From contig NW_002060949.1 of the NCBI RefSeq assembly GCF_000150275.1, positions 5,365,767 to 5,429,766 of the forward strand: 64,000 nt of DNA. The letters run 5' to 3'. Under the pieces are notes generated by a model, which did no database searches, was not told the DNA's origin, and saw only the letters and a program-made list of their open reading frames with translations. Source of the stretch: Trichoplax adhaerens (taxonomy: Eukaryota > Animalia > Placozoa). The position numbers and the translations under genes are program-made. How positions within the stretch are numbered: position 1 is the first letter of the stretch; each line of letters starts with the position of its first letter. Positions 39,601-54,006 of this stretch are shown piece by piece.

Positions 39601-42600
39601 TGCTTACTTTCCGTTTTGACAGGAGTTTGAACTTTAGATAATTTATTAGATTTTTCTTTCGATGTACTTTGTGATATTTCTAGTGATAATATATCATACT
39701 TACTGATATTCATTCCTATCAACTTACACTAAATCGTTTTAAAATAGATAACCATTATTTCGTCTGCTTACTTTCCGTTTTGGTAGGTGTTTGAACTTTA
39801 GATAATTTATTAGATTTTTCTTTCGGTGGATCTATATCAACCGTTGAGATCTGGGCCTACAAAGGTATACAGTAATATAAAATAAATGGTAAACAAGAAC
39901 AAAAATTTCGTGCTAACACAATATATACATATATATATATAACATAACTTTTAAAAACTTAAAATTACCTTTTCAGAAGGGGGTTCATCAAAGTCGTCAT
40001 CGAAATATGTCTTCCGCTAAAGATAGTAAAAGAAAACCATCAGTACTTGCTTAAAGTGAAACTTTATACTAGATATTAGATTAGCAAAAGAAATCTTACC
40101 TTTCTGCTTGCTTGATCACTATTTTTTGGTTGAGGGAGTTGTCCATCCTAGATAAGATGAAAATTTAACAGAATTTAATTAGCATACAACATATATCAAA
40201 ATTGAACAATACATGTGCAATAACGTTTGCTTTATTAAATATGAATTTAATATGTATTTGATAAGTGGCGCATATGATGCAGGTCATGCCAAATTTTTAA
40301 CTAACTTTTTTTTTCTCTACGCAAACTGATCTATCTGTTTGTTGCACAGGTTTACTTCCAAAGAAATCTTGGACGTCAACATCTTTAACGTGCCGCGATT
40401 TGTCCTGGTTAGCCGACTTTGATGATTTACTACTGCTAACTTTGGGCACTTTCTTCTTGACTTCATCAGCTGAATCTTAAATAATAGTTGCAAGCATATA
40501 GGGTTAATCATAAAGTCAAATTAACATTGAATAATGCTTTACTACATACATAACGTAATAAGTATACAAAATAAGGTAATAAATTGGATACCTGAATCAG
40601 ATAGTATACTAGTAGTAGCGGTGCGTTTCTTGCCAGATCTTGGTGCTCTTCTACAATAGCGGTTGTTGGTATAGTTGTTTTGTAAAATAATCCACAAAAA
40701 ATTTCAAATTTTTAGTTTTCCATACGTTTGGTTTTATATATATCTATCTACCAATTAGTTATGATTAATCGTTTAATTGCTACAGCATATTAATGCAATA
40801 TCAGAAATCAACATTACAAATAATGGCAGTAGAACTAGCACACCTTTCAGTACGTCACAATAATATCCTGCTCATAGACTATCAATTTTAGAGTGAAATG
40901 TACAATTGTTCTTTTTGAAAATATCGCAAAAATAAATTTTCATACCTAAATCTAGGGTTATCCACAAAGTCGTCATCGTCGTCTAATTAGCAATGAAATT
41001 GGGATTTAGTAATAGTGCAGTGCAAATACTGTAAGTTTCTATATCTATAGTATCGTGTTATAGCAACCAATCTTAGAATAATAATATATCTACACATTAA
41101 ATCATCATCCTACTATGATGTCCTAGGTTTATATACAGTATGTGGGCTTTTATAGACTAAGAAATTATAATTTATATATAATTTACCGTCATTTTTGTTT
41201 TTTTTTAAGGCATCTTTTTCCCCTTGTTTATTTTTCTAATAATATAATAATATATTTAACATACTTATAAAATACTTATAAATTAATAATATCCTAGCAT
41301 TACTACTACTATATATGCTAATAGTGAATATTATTAAATCATAAAAATCGTAAACGGCCGATATCAACTACAGGTACAGCGCTAATATGATGCAATTGAT
41401 CGAAATATGAGTAGAAACTTGATTCAGGAAGTAATTATTTATTAATTACTGTAGAGTGCTCTTGCAATTAATTACAATCTTGAATTGGAGGTTGTTTTAT
41501 AATCTCGTATTTTGGCATAATTAACATCTATAGTATCTACACAATCGATGCAAGCACAATAGCTATCTGCATAAGCATTCTTGTTACTTATTGCAGGCTA
41601 GTGAAAGATCTAAGAGGTGATTATAATTATTGTTATCGGCGTATTACATTATGATTATATACCTTCTCAGGGGCTTTCGCTTTCTTATGCGTAGATTGTT
41701 TTGATGTGGAAGCCTTACCACCAAAGTATTTTCTAATATCCTATTATAATAGTATAGATGTGCTCGACATAAATAAATCATTGACTAGTTAGCTTTAGTA
41801 TAATTTGTAATTAAAATTAATGTTATATCGGAAATTGGCAGAGCTATAGCAGAGTGAGATTATCCTGATATACGCGTATACAACGTATGTAGTTGATATA
41901 GTGTTACCGTATAATCATTTTTCACGATACATTAGTAGATACAATATTGTGTAGAAATGGTTGCTCCACCAGTGGGTGAATAATAGAATGATGAGCAAGT
42001 TGATTGTTTGTATCTACCTTTCAATGATGTATTTGTTTACGGTCATGCTTGTAAAATGATATTTATCAGCAATCGGAATTGAAATCTAAGATGACTGTAA
42101 GGAATTGATAATATAGATTTAATGAGTAAATTGCTTTATCTTAGCTTTCAATGAAGTAGTTGTTTATGATCATGCCTTTAAAAGTGTATTTATCATCAAT
42201 CGGATTTGAAATCTACGATGGTCGCAAGGAACCGATAATGTCGATTTGGCCCTTTTGATCAGAGTTATAAAAGATATTTGATAATAAATTATAGGCAAAA
42301 AAGTACCACTATTGCATGTATCTTGATTGATATACATTGCAACTATATCACAGCAAACTAACGTATACTGTACATATATAGTATGTGTTTTACTGTTGGA
42401 AAGCAATTTTCCGTTATGATTGATTGATATTTAACTACAGTACATGAAAAAATGATACTGTAGGAGGTAAGCACTGAGCTATCACTCTACCAGGATTGGG
42501 CCTTGAATAGGCACCGAATAAAAATAAATTTAATCGACAACAGAAGTAGAATTACTGTCACTTTACAGATGTTTGGGAATCCTTTGTCATCAGATTGATC

Positions 42601-43341
42601 CTTTCCTACTGTTAAGTTAAACTATTCCGGTCTGATGTCTCAAGTCATCCAGACTGCATGGCAATAGGCATAAAATAACTCCTTCAACGGATCTGTGCTG
42701 ACATGTGGATCTACTGCATTGATTGCAAAGCTACCAAAGCCCGTAACCTTTGTCCATGTATGCGTACTATCAATATTATTAAGCCTTGTCACTCTTGCAA
42801 AAGCAAGTAGGTATTACTCAATATTTTATTGCATCTGATACGCTCAGTTTGAGGTTACTTCTTCTTGACTGAGCTGGTCGGTGTCTATGTGTGATTACTT
42901 TGCTACAAAACACCAACAATCTTTGTCCACGTACTATCCATGTTATTATTCAATTCCTGGACTCTTGCAAAAGCAAATAAGATTAGAAGGTGCTACTCAA
43001 TATTTTATTGCGTATATACTCAATTTGAAATTATTTCTTCTTAAGCTGATCGTTGCCTGTTGCTATAGCTACGCAGAGATAGTTAGCTCTGGAATGGTCG
43101 AGTATAAGCGTCACGACACAAAGTAAAATTGAAGCTGAACTCATCCTGCCATATGCAGCTAGCTGGATACTAGCCAATAGCTAGTGAGTGAATAGCCAGC
43201 CATCATCCCTTAAGCTTACAGTAATTCAAAACATGAACAATCTATGCCTAGCTGGCATTCAGTACATAGACTATTCATTCTATAATTAACGTTCAATAAC
43301 ATTAGCCATGATTGAAAATTAAAGCTATCCATTCCTACCAT
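36606..43341 (-). CDS. RFC1: Replication factor C subunit 1
   Basis: M|DIRKYFG N-terminus (ATG-only first coding exon inferred at 43341-43339, AAAATG|GTAGGA); BRCT FVITGVLDTIER; WVDKYKP; Walker A GPPGIGKT; Walker B MDEVDGM; RFC1 C-terminal FPSWLGKNS. Confidence 0.94.
39493..39825. repeat. Tandem duplication of about 170 bp spanning an RFC1 exon-intron-exon junction
   Basis: TGTACTTTGTGAT(G/A)TTTCTAGTGA...CTTACTTTCCGTTTTG...TTAGATTTTTCTTTCG occurs at 39493 and 39663. Confidence 0.9.
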
Positions 43342-44441
43342 TTTCACCAGTGGTCTAAAGAAATGTTTTGGCTTGACGTTTGACAAACGATGACTTGATG
43401 TTGATGTGACACAAGGTTGACTCACTGCAGGCTCTGATGAGTTTGTTTGAAGCAGTAGAGGCAAGCGAAGTGAGTGTATTCATTCGTCCATATCGGTCAT
43501 GTGACCTCTGATGACGTAAGCTATGGCGGGCACCGTATCCGGATTTTCATTGGTTCTAGCATGGAGTAGCCGCAGTGCATATACAGTACTATACTGTAGT
43601 CCATGGTTCTCCTCGAGTAGTCCTTGCTTCTGTCCATACGGTTGCTTGTAAATTAAATTTTATTTTACAAGTGGACTTTAATCGAATGTGGAACCCTGAT
43701 GAACACTTTGACAGTGATCACTGTCGAGCAAACTGCAAACTATTTAACGTTTGGAAGTTTTATTTGATCTATCAAGTTCGCATGATATTCATTCGGAACT
43801 TGTATCGATTTCTTTCTACAGTGTAGTACGATAGTATTGAAGTATGGCAGCAATGCATGATTTACTAGAACATAGCTTGTCACTTTGTCACTTTGCAAGG
43901 TAGTTGAAAACACTTGAGCTTTCTCTTTACTCGATGCCCACTAGACAAACAGAAACATGAACTTTGTTACTCAAAACTGTCGAGTAAAGTTCCTAAACTA
44001 CGATTGCACAGTCGCCATTTTTGCTCGTATAAAATGCATATAGTTGTGGTTGTCTAGATCGCTTCATAGAACTACAGCTATGAATCGATGATCGTATACG
44101 CAGCTACCATAGTTGGGATCGAACAGTTGGTTTTACTTGTGTAGCATGAATTACTAGACGACTAGATTGATCTCTTGTACGATAGTTCACATACAGTACT
44201 ACTACTGTAGTTCTCAGTACAGGACAGCAAGTGTTTCTTGTTTACTTATACACGTACAATGAGTATTCAGTATTTATTATTTCTAAGAGCACGCATAATT
44301 ATTTTATACCATGAAACGTCTAGCTTATTTGGACGATGATTAATCATGCATGAACTACGTATGCTTACAGCCATGTGCTAGTGTATAGCTGAAACGACCA
44401 GTAAACTAGTAGCACCGGATGTTTTAACATACTAAAAGGAT

Positions 44442-44691
44442 CATTCGTGCTCCCTTCCTCTTGACTGTTTCCTTAGTCATTCCTCATTAGACATCAACGA
44501 TATAATAAACGTACCTATTTTACAAGCAACTGTACAGTACTGTGTGGACATCTTGCCTAATCGATTTAGCATTCGTGCTCCCTTCCTCTTGACTGTTTCC
44601 TTAGTCATTCCTCATTAGACATCAACAATATAATCAACGTACCTATTTTACAAGCAACTGTACAGTACGACATCTTGCCTAATCGATTTAG
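44442..44691. repeat. Near-perfect tandem duplication (128 + 122 bp) in the RFC1/GCLC divergent spacer
   Basis: CATTCGTGCTCCCTTCCTCTTGAC...CCTAATCGATTTAG starts at 44442 and 44570. Confidence 0.95.
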
Positions 44692-44819
44692 TAATGATAG
44701 ATCTGTACGATGGAGAAGCCCATCGATCAAAGTGGCACCCTACTGCGGCTTATTCACCACTCCATCATAATTTTGCTAGACTGCAGTGGCTCGCTTTCTT
44801 CTTGGCGCTTGTTGTCATG

Positions 44820-44839
44820 TCACGATGACTAGGCAACTT
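44820..44839 (+). promoter_or_regulatory. Candidate antioxidant response element (ARE) upstream of GCLC copy 1
   Basis: TCAcgATGACtagGCAactt matches the extended consensus TMAnnRTGAYnnnGCR and 3 of 4 trailing W positions; about 360 bp upstream of the ATG. Confidence 0.55.
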
Positions 44840-45197
44840 GTACTGTGAGTATGGTAGCGCGCTGGCCATCCGCTGTCCATTGATTTAGCACTTCCTCCTT
44901 AGGCACGTCTCAAGCAGAGGATAGTCCAACCCTTGAGACTACAGTGTACAGTACCCTGTACTGTAGCTCCAGCTACTGTGCACTGTGTCGACGATACCCC
45001 TGCGCCGCCGCCCGGTAACTGAGTGGCTATAGTACGTATAGTACAGTATAGTAGGGTATATATAGAAAGCAATCGGCGCTTGTAGCGACAGAAGTACTAG
45101 TGGACTGAACTAGTCTAGAGCTCGCTTGAAGTTCATCTTTGCAATCTTTCCAACGCCACATCCACCTTGCAAAGTTTGCAGATTTATATTCCAAGAT

Positions 45198-48100
45198 ATG
45201 GGCCTATTATCCAACGGAACACCATTAACTTGGGATGAGATTAAAGAGTATGTTGCTTCTATTAAAAGCCAAGGAATTCGCCAGTTTATTGCAATCTATC
45301 ATCGATTGCTCAAGCGTCAAAATGACATGCTAAAATGGGGCGATGAGGTAAAAAAAAAATGATCTTGTTGGGATACAGATGTATACGATTCATGTCGTTA
45401 TTCTGCCACAAATGGAAATTGATAAAGTTTCATGATACTTTTATTCATCCAATGAAATAGATTCATTGGTATAAAATACACTGTAGTCTACACTTATCAT
45501 GGACGTAGCGTTTTGATAGTCATGGGTATATTAAGGTTACAAAACTGCTTGAAAATGGACTACCGGTAAAAGAAAACACGCGTATAGACTTGCATGCGGA
45601 TGATTCAGTCGAAAAATAGAACCCTCCTCCCCAACACACACTTCATCGTGATAGCGGAGAGTGGATCAGGATATCAACTTAACATACTTTACTGTAACTC
45701 AAATCAAACATTTCGTTAACGTTCATAGGAGTAATTAATATATTAATAATACTGTATGTATATATGTAAATGAAGATCGATCAAATTCCTATGCTATTGT
45801 TTTTTTGTACTTTAGCGGTTATCGCTCCATTGGATTGAGAATAAATTAATTTCCAGATTACGATAGTATTCTTGCCATATTTTAATTAATATCAAATAAG
45901 AATGGAGAGCATCATCTAGATTTAATACCCTCCATTAATTTAATTAATATATTAATCTCATACGCACGCTTAAATGAAGATCGCAGAAGTTCAATGACAT
46001 TGTTGTTTTTACCTTCTCGTTTATCGCCAATACTGTATTGTGTAGTCAGTCATGCAGATAGATGGATAAAATAATTCACCCACCCAATATACAGTACATA
46101 CAGTAGGTTGCAGCAATATTAGAGCAATAGTTTAGTATCCAATAATCCAATGCTGTAGACGCAAGATCGTACAGCCTTGATCTACATACAAAACTGCTCA
46201 TCAAATTGATTAAAAAAGAAAACTTGAGTCAATCGTGTATTAATTTGCACGTCCACTGTACAATAAATAAATTAAGAACAATAAACAATACGAATGGTAG
46301 AATCCGCTAGTAACACAATTGTATTCCTGTAACTATATTCTTATTGATCGCTTTTAAATGAAATTGTAGGATTGTTATCAACTTTTCTTTTATTACATCG
46401 TTTTTAAAATGTCTCTCAATTTTTTGCCCAAATTTGGTATCTTGTAGATTGAATATATGGTTGTTAAATTTGATCATAAAAATAATACTGCAAGATTGTA
46501 CTGCGAAGCCGATCAATATCTTGATGTATTACAAGAATTGGAAAGAGAAAATCCCAGGTAATGGATATTTTTCTATTAGCACGAATAATAAATACAGTTG
46601 ATTTGTGCAAATGTTCAATACATTATACAGTAAACCCCTTTCAAAGGTTGGACTATATGATGATTTTGATGTTGTACTGTATATTGATAAAAGTGTATGG
46701 AAGTACAGTACATACGTATCGCAGCAATTGTTAATATCACATATACTGCATTGAGGTAGAGAAAATTGCACGTTGCAGTTTTCATTAATTTTATTATCTC
46801 TGAATATTTTTCAACAAATTGAGTTGGCATACTTTAGCAGGTCATTTTTTTCCCACCTCTTCGAGCATTAGTGTTTATAGTAAAATGGAAGATAACGTAT
46901 ATAATGATATCTAAATTCGTAGTGATAATCGCCTATACTACAGTATTCAATAGGATGATATGGTATGTATTCGTATGTTGATGATAGTATGTAAATCACA
47001 TGTGTACTAATTTTTATTTTTGAATTTTTTTTTTATAACAAATCGGAAATGAGTTAATAAATATCAGTAGATCAATTTATCCTCGTACAGAGATAGATAC
47101 GAAATGATGTAATCTCTTCTAGTGTTTGTGGTTGTAGCAAAATATACTTCTGTCGAAATTTCTCAATAATGTTGGACTATTCGTCAGCTTCAGATCGTAA
47201 ATTGTATTGCTAATAGTAATCTAGCCTACTGTAGATATCATAGGTGTACAGTACTGTATCGTTAACTAATCAAGCATTGCATCATTAGTTGATTCTGTTT
47301 CAAGCTTGCTTTACATTATATTAAAGTGCTCAATTAACGATGTATTTCTACGCCTACCATAAATGTAGGTTAAGATGCAATGCTAGATTAAACTCGTATT
47401 CAACCATTTGCACAAAAAATTGTTTAATTATTTTCCGTTGCAATTATAATTTCTTTGACTATAGCTATTACTATCTTTATGCAATTGACAGCTTTACTCT
47501 TATTACGTTGAACGTTGTTAATCTCGCTATCTGTTTGATAGAAATTAATTCAATAATTGACGCATTTTTGTTACCTTACATAAATATATAAAATAGCGCC
47601 AATCCTACCGCGTGGAGACCGGAGTATGCTAGCTATATGCTGGAAGGTAATTTATCTAATTTATGGTACATCTGAGATGATAATATTCTAACATGTAGGC
47701 CGCCGTTAGTGTTTAGCATAGAACTGGAGTTGCTAAAGTCTATTATTGGATACTCAACAGCTTAATACGAAGCGTATCAGTACATAAGTTGATGTAGATA
47801 TCACCGTTTAAATGATATTGCACTTTTTTTTAATTTATTAGCTACACCTGGGCAACCGTATTTAAATGAGCTAACACAAATTAATACCGTTGAAGCTAAT
47901 ATGAAACGAAGACGTCGTGAAATTACCGAATTACTCCATGAAGATATTATCCCTATGACTCTAACTGCCTTTCCCAGGTCTTTTTTTGCTATCACAATAT
48001 TATATAATATACAGCCATATTTAATTAAGTAAATTTTTCTTAATGATTATCAAGGTATCAGATTGGCGGATTGATTTAGTAATCTTTGCTTAAACACTGT

Positions 48101-50801
48101 TTAATTAATTTATCATTCACTAGATTGGGTTGCCCAGATTTTACTCATCCTGTTTACAAACCTGACATAACTGAAAATTCTTCTTCTCGATCTCTCTTTT
48201 TCCCAGAGAAAGCTATTAACTCACACCCTCGGTTTAAGTAAGAAAGTCTAATTGTAGAAATGACTTTAATTTCGGCGAAGTAGAAGTTTTTATTTTTTTA
48301 AAATTAGGTACTTAACTCGAAATATACGTCTCCGTCGGGGATCTAAAATAGCTATCAATGTGCCAGGTAGATTTCGATAAATGTAGCATCGTACTTATTG
48401 ATTAGCTGAAGCAAAGCCCTATATCCCTGTTGATAATAACCATGTATTTTCAATAATTTCAGTGTTTCATGACGTTAATACTCCGAAACCTTTCGTAGAA
48501 CATCTCCAGTATGGTGAAGAGGCTGTTGATGGTAAAGAAGATCATATATACTTAGATGCAATGGGGCATGGTATGGGATGTTCTTGTCTGCAAGTATGTA
48601 AATGTTCAGAATATGTGAAAATGATGGATAATATAGTAGCCATTATCGTCCGCTATTCTTAATTTCTGTAAAATTTTTTAATCGTATCATTCATTCATTC
48701 ATGCTATTGACTAGGTGACATTCCAAGCTTGTAGTATTGATGAGGCTAGACTGTTGTATGATCAACTTTGTCCTATATGCCCAATTGTGGTAAATTAAAC
48801 ATTGCTGTAACTGATATACGGAAGAACACAAGAAAAGTTAATACATAAATATGATGGTCATATATTTATTTAATAATACTTTTGTAGTTGGCATTATCAG
48901 CTGCATCACCTATATATCGTGGCTTCTTGGCTGATGTAGATTGTAGATGGAATATCATTGTAGGTTCTGTCGATGATAGAACTAAAGAAGAACGCGGTTT
49001 AGAAGTAAGAACGAAGTCATATTTCTAAAATTATCTATCTTATGATCTTTCTTAATTAAACTACTACCGCAATATTGGATGATACTACAATTACTTATGT
49101 TGAATTTTTTCATTGCATATAATAGCCACTTAAAAATAACAAACATCGAATACCGAAGTCTCGATATGATTCTGTAGATTATTATCTGTGTCCAGAAGGA
49201 CAAGCGTATAACGACATTGAATTAGTTTACGATAAAGAATTTTGTGAGCAGCTAGAGAAGGCTGGTGTGGACTCAATATTAGCTCATCATGTTGCTCACT
49301 TATTTATCCGCGAACCTGTCTCGGTCTTCAAAGAATTACTAGAACAAGATGATGTAAAAGATTCCGATCACTTTGAGGTAATATTTTATAATAGACTACA
49401 GTTAAATAACACTGTATGATATCATATTAATATTAAGATAAATAATATATATTAAATGAGTATTAAAGATTATAGAAAGTAATCTAATTCTCAGGTCATA
49501 TAAATATAATGATTACAATATTTTAAGTGTACAGTACTTATTTTATATATATTTTTTACACCTTCGCTAGAATATACAATCTACAAATTGGCAAACGATG
49601 CGCTTTAAGCCTCCACCACCAAATTCTGATATCGGTTGGAGAGTAGAATTTAGACCATGTGAAGTAAGAAACTTAGATAAAATAGATAATGTAAACCAGT
49701 AAATAATAGAGTAGAAATAATTTTAACCTAAAAAAAAATAATTAATTCTATTTTAAACTCAAGGTTCAGCTAACGGAATTCGAGAATGCTGCTTTTGCAG
49801 CGTTTATTGTTTTACTAACCCGAGTTATCCTAACATATGGACTAAATTTTTATATGCCAATGTCAAAGGTAAAGTTATTATTACATCAATGAACTACTAG
49901 TAATTTTTCGTAGTCCATGCTACATCTTTTAACTGTTCCTAAATACTACTATACTGTCTCACTTCTTATCAATTGATCCAATTAATCGCCAAAAATGTAT
50001 TAAATGATAATTTAATCGATAGGTCGATGAAAATATGCAAACAGCACAAAAGAGAGATGCAGTTCGTAATGGCATGTTTTATTTCAGGAAAGATCTTGGA
50101 AAAGGTAAACGATTTCGAATTACGACATATTTAAATAAGTAATAATAGATTTATCATAATTATCATTGGAGATAATATTAATAGAGATACCTTTCTGAAA
50201 TAACATCTAGCACCATCAACTAGTAGCCCACCAGACGAAAGCGAATATGAACTTATGTCGATTAATACGATTATTAACGGGAAGGTATGTCGATTTCAGT
50301 CAGATTGGTTATAGTAGTAATTACAAACTAGTATTTTCGTTAATAGAGTAATAAATATAAAATTTTGAACATATTTTACAGGCTGACGGCTTTCCTGGTC
50401 TTGTTCCTTTGATAAATGACTATTTGGCTAGTTTATCTATTGATTTTAACACTCGGTGCTCATTATATAGATATTTATCGTTAATTCAAAAGAGAGCTTC
50501 TGGTTAGTTATGGGATAATAATTATTATTATTTATTTTATATATAAATTATGTACTAAGTATCTTGAATTAATTTGGATTTATTTATATATTATATTATA
50601 GGTGAGCTAAAGACAACAGCTAAGTGGATGAGAGATTTTGTAGCTAGTCATCCGGACTATAAAAAAGATTCTGTCGTCTCTGAAAAGATTAATTACGATT
50701 TACTGTACGCGTGTAACGAAATAGTACAGGGCAAACGTCAAGAATCAGATTTTATTGACAATATGGAATCGAAAACTATAGATAGTTTTTCTACTACATA
50801 A
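45198..50801 (+). CDS. GCLC: Glutamate-cysteine ligase catalytic subunit, copy 1 (canonical)
   Basis: [18 protein letters not shown]|[70 protein letters not shown] and [10 protein letters not shown]. Confidence 0.96.
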
Positions 50802-51714
50802 GAAAGAAATTCATAGTAAAACGGGTACAAGCAAATCATATATTGATTTGTATTGGGATGGTTCTCGCTTAACTAGAGAACAAGTTTTTATAGATCACGA
50901 TAATATATAGAAAGCTACGATACTTATAGTAATAACCATTATGCTATACATGTTTTTATATTTACATTATACCGTTGAGTTATGAGGTAACTTTTAATAG
51001 CTTATACAAAATGTTATAAGACTATTATATTGATATTATCATTTACTCATTGTGTTCATCGATTTTACAGTAGCTAGCAAAAAGTAATATCTTCTAAAGT
51101 TACAGTTACGTAACTTTATTTTGCATTATATATCGTCGGTAACAATCAATACATTGTTACTTTCATTTTATTATAATATTAATTATCTTCATGTACTCAT
51201 ACGTATTATTGCAAATTTACACAGTACATTTGAAATCGTACCTTTATTGTTAATTTAGATTTAGTATTGATTACATATACGTATATCTTCGTACTATAAG
51301 TTGCTCAGCTCGTATTTAGCCGTTGAAAATCTCAGGAGTATACGCTCGTATCTACTTTTCCGTAATATATCTTTCTTTGCTTAGTATTGCCTATTACGTG
51401 TTAATCTTAACGTCTGTAGGATATATACTCGTATATTAGATTGCTGTCTAGTGTCCATTATAGTCATATAATGTTTTAATTTACTAATGCTTAGTGATTT
51501 ATAATTAGCGTTTTTTACAATGAATGGATGTCACCTTATTAAATTACCACTTCAATATAAGTCAGTAAAAACTGAAATTTCAATAGTTAGGAATGTTGAA
51601 AATTAATGGTGAGATGATAGTATTAATAATGAATTAAATCGTTAAGGGCATTTAACTTTTATTATTACATTATGTTTGAAATAAGGATTATAGATGCATA
51701 AATGCTCTAGCATG

Positions 51715-52415
51715 TGTGTAACTCCACAAGATTAAATTGTAGCTGAAGTCATCCTGCCATATGCAGTTAACTACATACTATCACTTAAACGAAACTATGG
51801 TAGTATTACCCAATTTTTCAGTGAATATAATACACTCAGATCGCTTATTCTTAAGCAAATCGTTGGCTGTTGCTCTAACTACGTAGGTATAGTTAGCCTT
51901 CAACGGTGTTGTCTGAGCGTAACTACACAAAATGATATTATAGTTAAGTTCTGTCACATGCAGTTAGCTGCACATTAGCTATCACTTAAGCGTAATATCC
52001 TATATTCTATTGCATGCCACAGTCGCTTTTAAATTACTTATTCTTAAGCTGATCGATACCTGTTGCTATAACTAAGTAGGAACAGTTAATCATCAAGGGC
52101 TCTAATGTGACTGTAGCTACACAAGATGAACTAGCAGTTGAACTCATTCTATCGTATGCTGCCACCAGTTAGTTAAGAACCAGCCATCACTTGGGGTTAA
52201 TAAAACAATAAATGTATAAATCGATACCCATCGGCATTTAATATATATGTTATAGAACATTCATTCTATAATTATATAATTAAAGTTATAATAGCTATGG
52301 TTGGAGCTAGAGCTATTCATTCTTATCATTTTTATCAACAATCTTAGAAATGTCGATGTTTCGGCTTAAAATTGGATGAGCGATAGTCGCTTTGACTTGA
52401 TGGTGGTGTAACACT
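51715..52415. pseudogene. Duplicated relic of the RFC1 exon 1/intron 1 region, carried by the GCLC duplication
   Basis: Similar to 43025-43415 (TCATCCTGCCATATGCAG, TTCTTAAGCTGATCG..CCTGTTGCTATA, TTCATTCTATAATTA, TGACTTGATG). The minus-strand ATG is kept at 52329-52327 but the donor GT has become AT. Confidence 0.7.
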
Positions 52416-52712
52416 AGATTAAATTGATTCGCTACGGGTTCGTTAATTGTGAATTTGTGATTGGTTAGAGAGAAGCACTCGCTTAGGTAATCACTAACAA
52501 AGGGAATAGTTCTCTATCGTAAGCGTATGGCACTTATTGGTAGTGCTTTAGACATTTTTTATCGGTTGTATGGATTTAGTTTCTTTATTTCTTGAATAAA
52601 ATAGGGAATGGCACTGTATTTAAATCGGCACCTAAAAGATAACTTTTATACCTGGCAGAGTAAAAGCCTTTATCGAGTTCAATACCCTATAATGACAATA
52701 TTTGGTTTTGAT

Positions 52713-52997
52713 GCAGTGTAAACTGGACGCATATAACGTATTTAGTACGAAAAATGATCAAAAAATGAATAAATCACAGCTATAAAAGAATAAGATACAA
52801 GATTAAAAGCTTGCTACTTTGAACAGAATAGTATTATAGTATATTCTGATAAGGCAGTGTAAAGTAAATCCGTATAATATATTTAATTCGAAAAATGATC
52901 AAAAAATAAATAAGTCACAGCTATAAGGCAATAAAACGCTAGGCTAAAAGCTTGCTGCTTTAAACGGATTAATTTTATAGTATATTCTAATGAGGCT
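52713..52997. repeat. Tandem duplication, unit about 140 bp
   Basis: GCAGTGTAAA...CGAAAAATGATCAAAAAAT...CACAGCTATAA...AAAAGCTTGCT...TATAGTATATTCT occurs twice. Confidence 0.85.
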
Positions 52998-54006
52998 TTG
53001 TCATTAATTTCTACTGCGTAATGCGATGTAGTTTTGATAGCAATTGTGCAACAATAGGTTTCGATTGTCATATACAACAGTAAAAAGCCACATTGTGCCT
53101 AATAGCCACCGGCACTTTGCAATTATATTCATCAGTACAGGACTTTAGCAATATACATGCATTATTGTTATAAAACTACTTAAGGCTAATATGTAATACA
53201 AAAGCTGACCATGTACTGCAAGTAGACTGGGTTTTGAAATTGGAATGGAGGTTGATTGGAAAGGATGATTAGTAATTATGATGTAAATAATAATCTTAAG
53301 TCTTACCAAAGGTACTGGTTACTTCATTCTATCAATAACATAAATCTGTCGGATAACAAATTTACATTCGGATATTAGTTTAGCACAAGTGTCGGAGGGT
53401 CGATCAAATTATATCTTACCTGACTTGTACATCGTTGTTGCACCCCAGGCATTTATCTTTATACAACCTATACGAGCCTAAACGTCTAGACTTGGATTTA
53501 AAATAATAAGCGCACAGAGCAACAGTTTTATCAAATATAAACACAGTTGTTATTGTGTGGAACTGACTGCTTTATTTCGTATCAATCTTCAAAACTTGTT
53601 GTGTCTGTTTCTATAGAGAGCTAGATAATAGGCTGACAAATTCAATCTAGGTTAGTATACACTTTCTTACTTGTATTTATATATTTGGTTCATATATCCT
53701 ATTGTATACACTAAGGCATATTTTTATTATTCCCTTGGGTCTCTCCGACCTAATTCAATATTTATTTCTAGTGTAGAATCACTAAAATACCATGTAGCAG
53801 TCTAATCGGGCTGCGCCATAATGCTTGTTCTCTACTCTCTGTAAAATCAGTGACTAGAGTTTAAATTAGTCAACGCCTCCTAAGCCTGTAGAAGTTCTGC
53901 ATCGGACTGGATCGATAACATTGCTTGATACGTACATTCTATCGTATAGAACATTAAAATTGAACTTGAACGTGAAAAGCCGTAGTAGATTTAGTTTAAA
54001 AATAAG

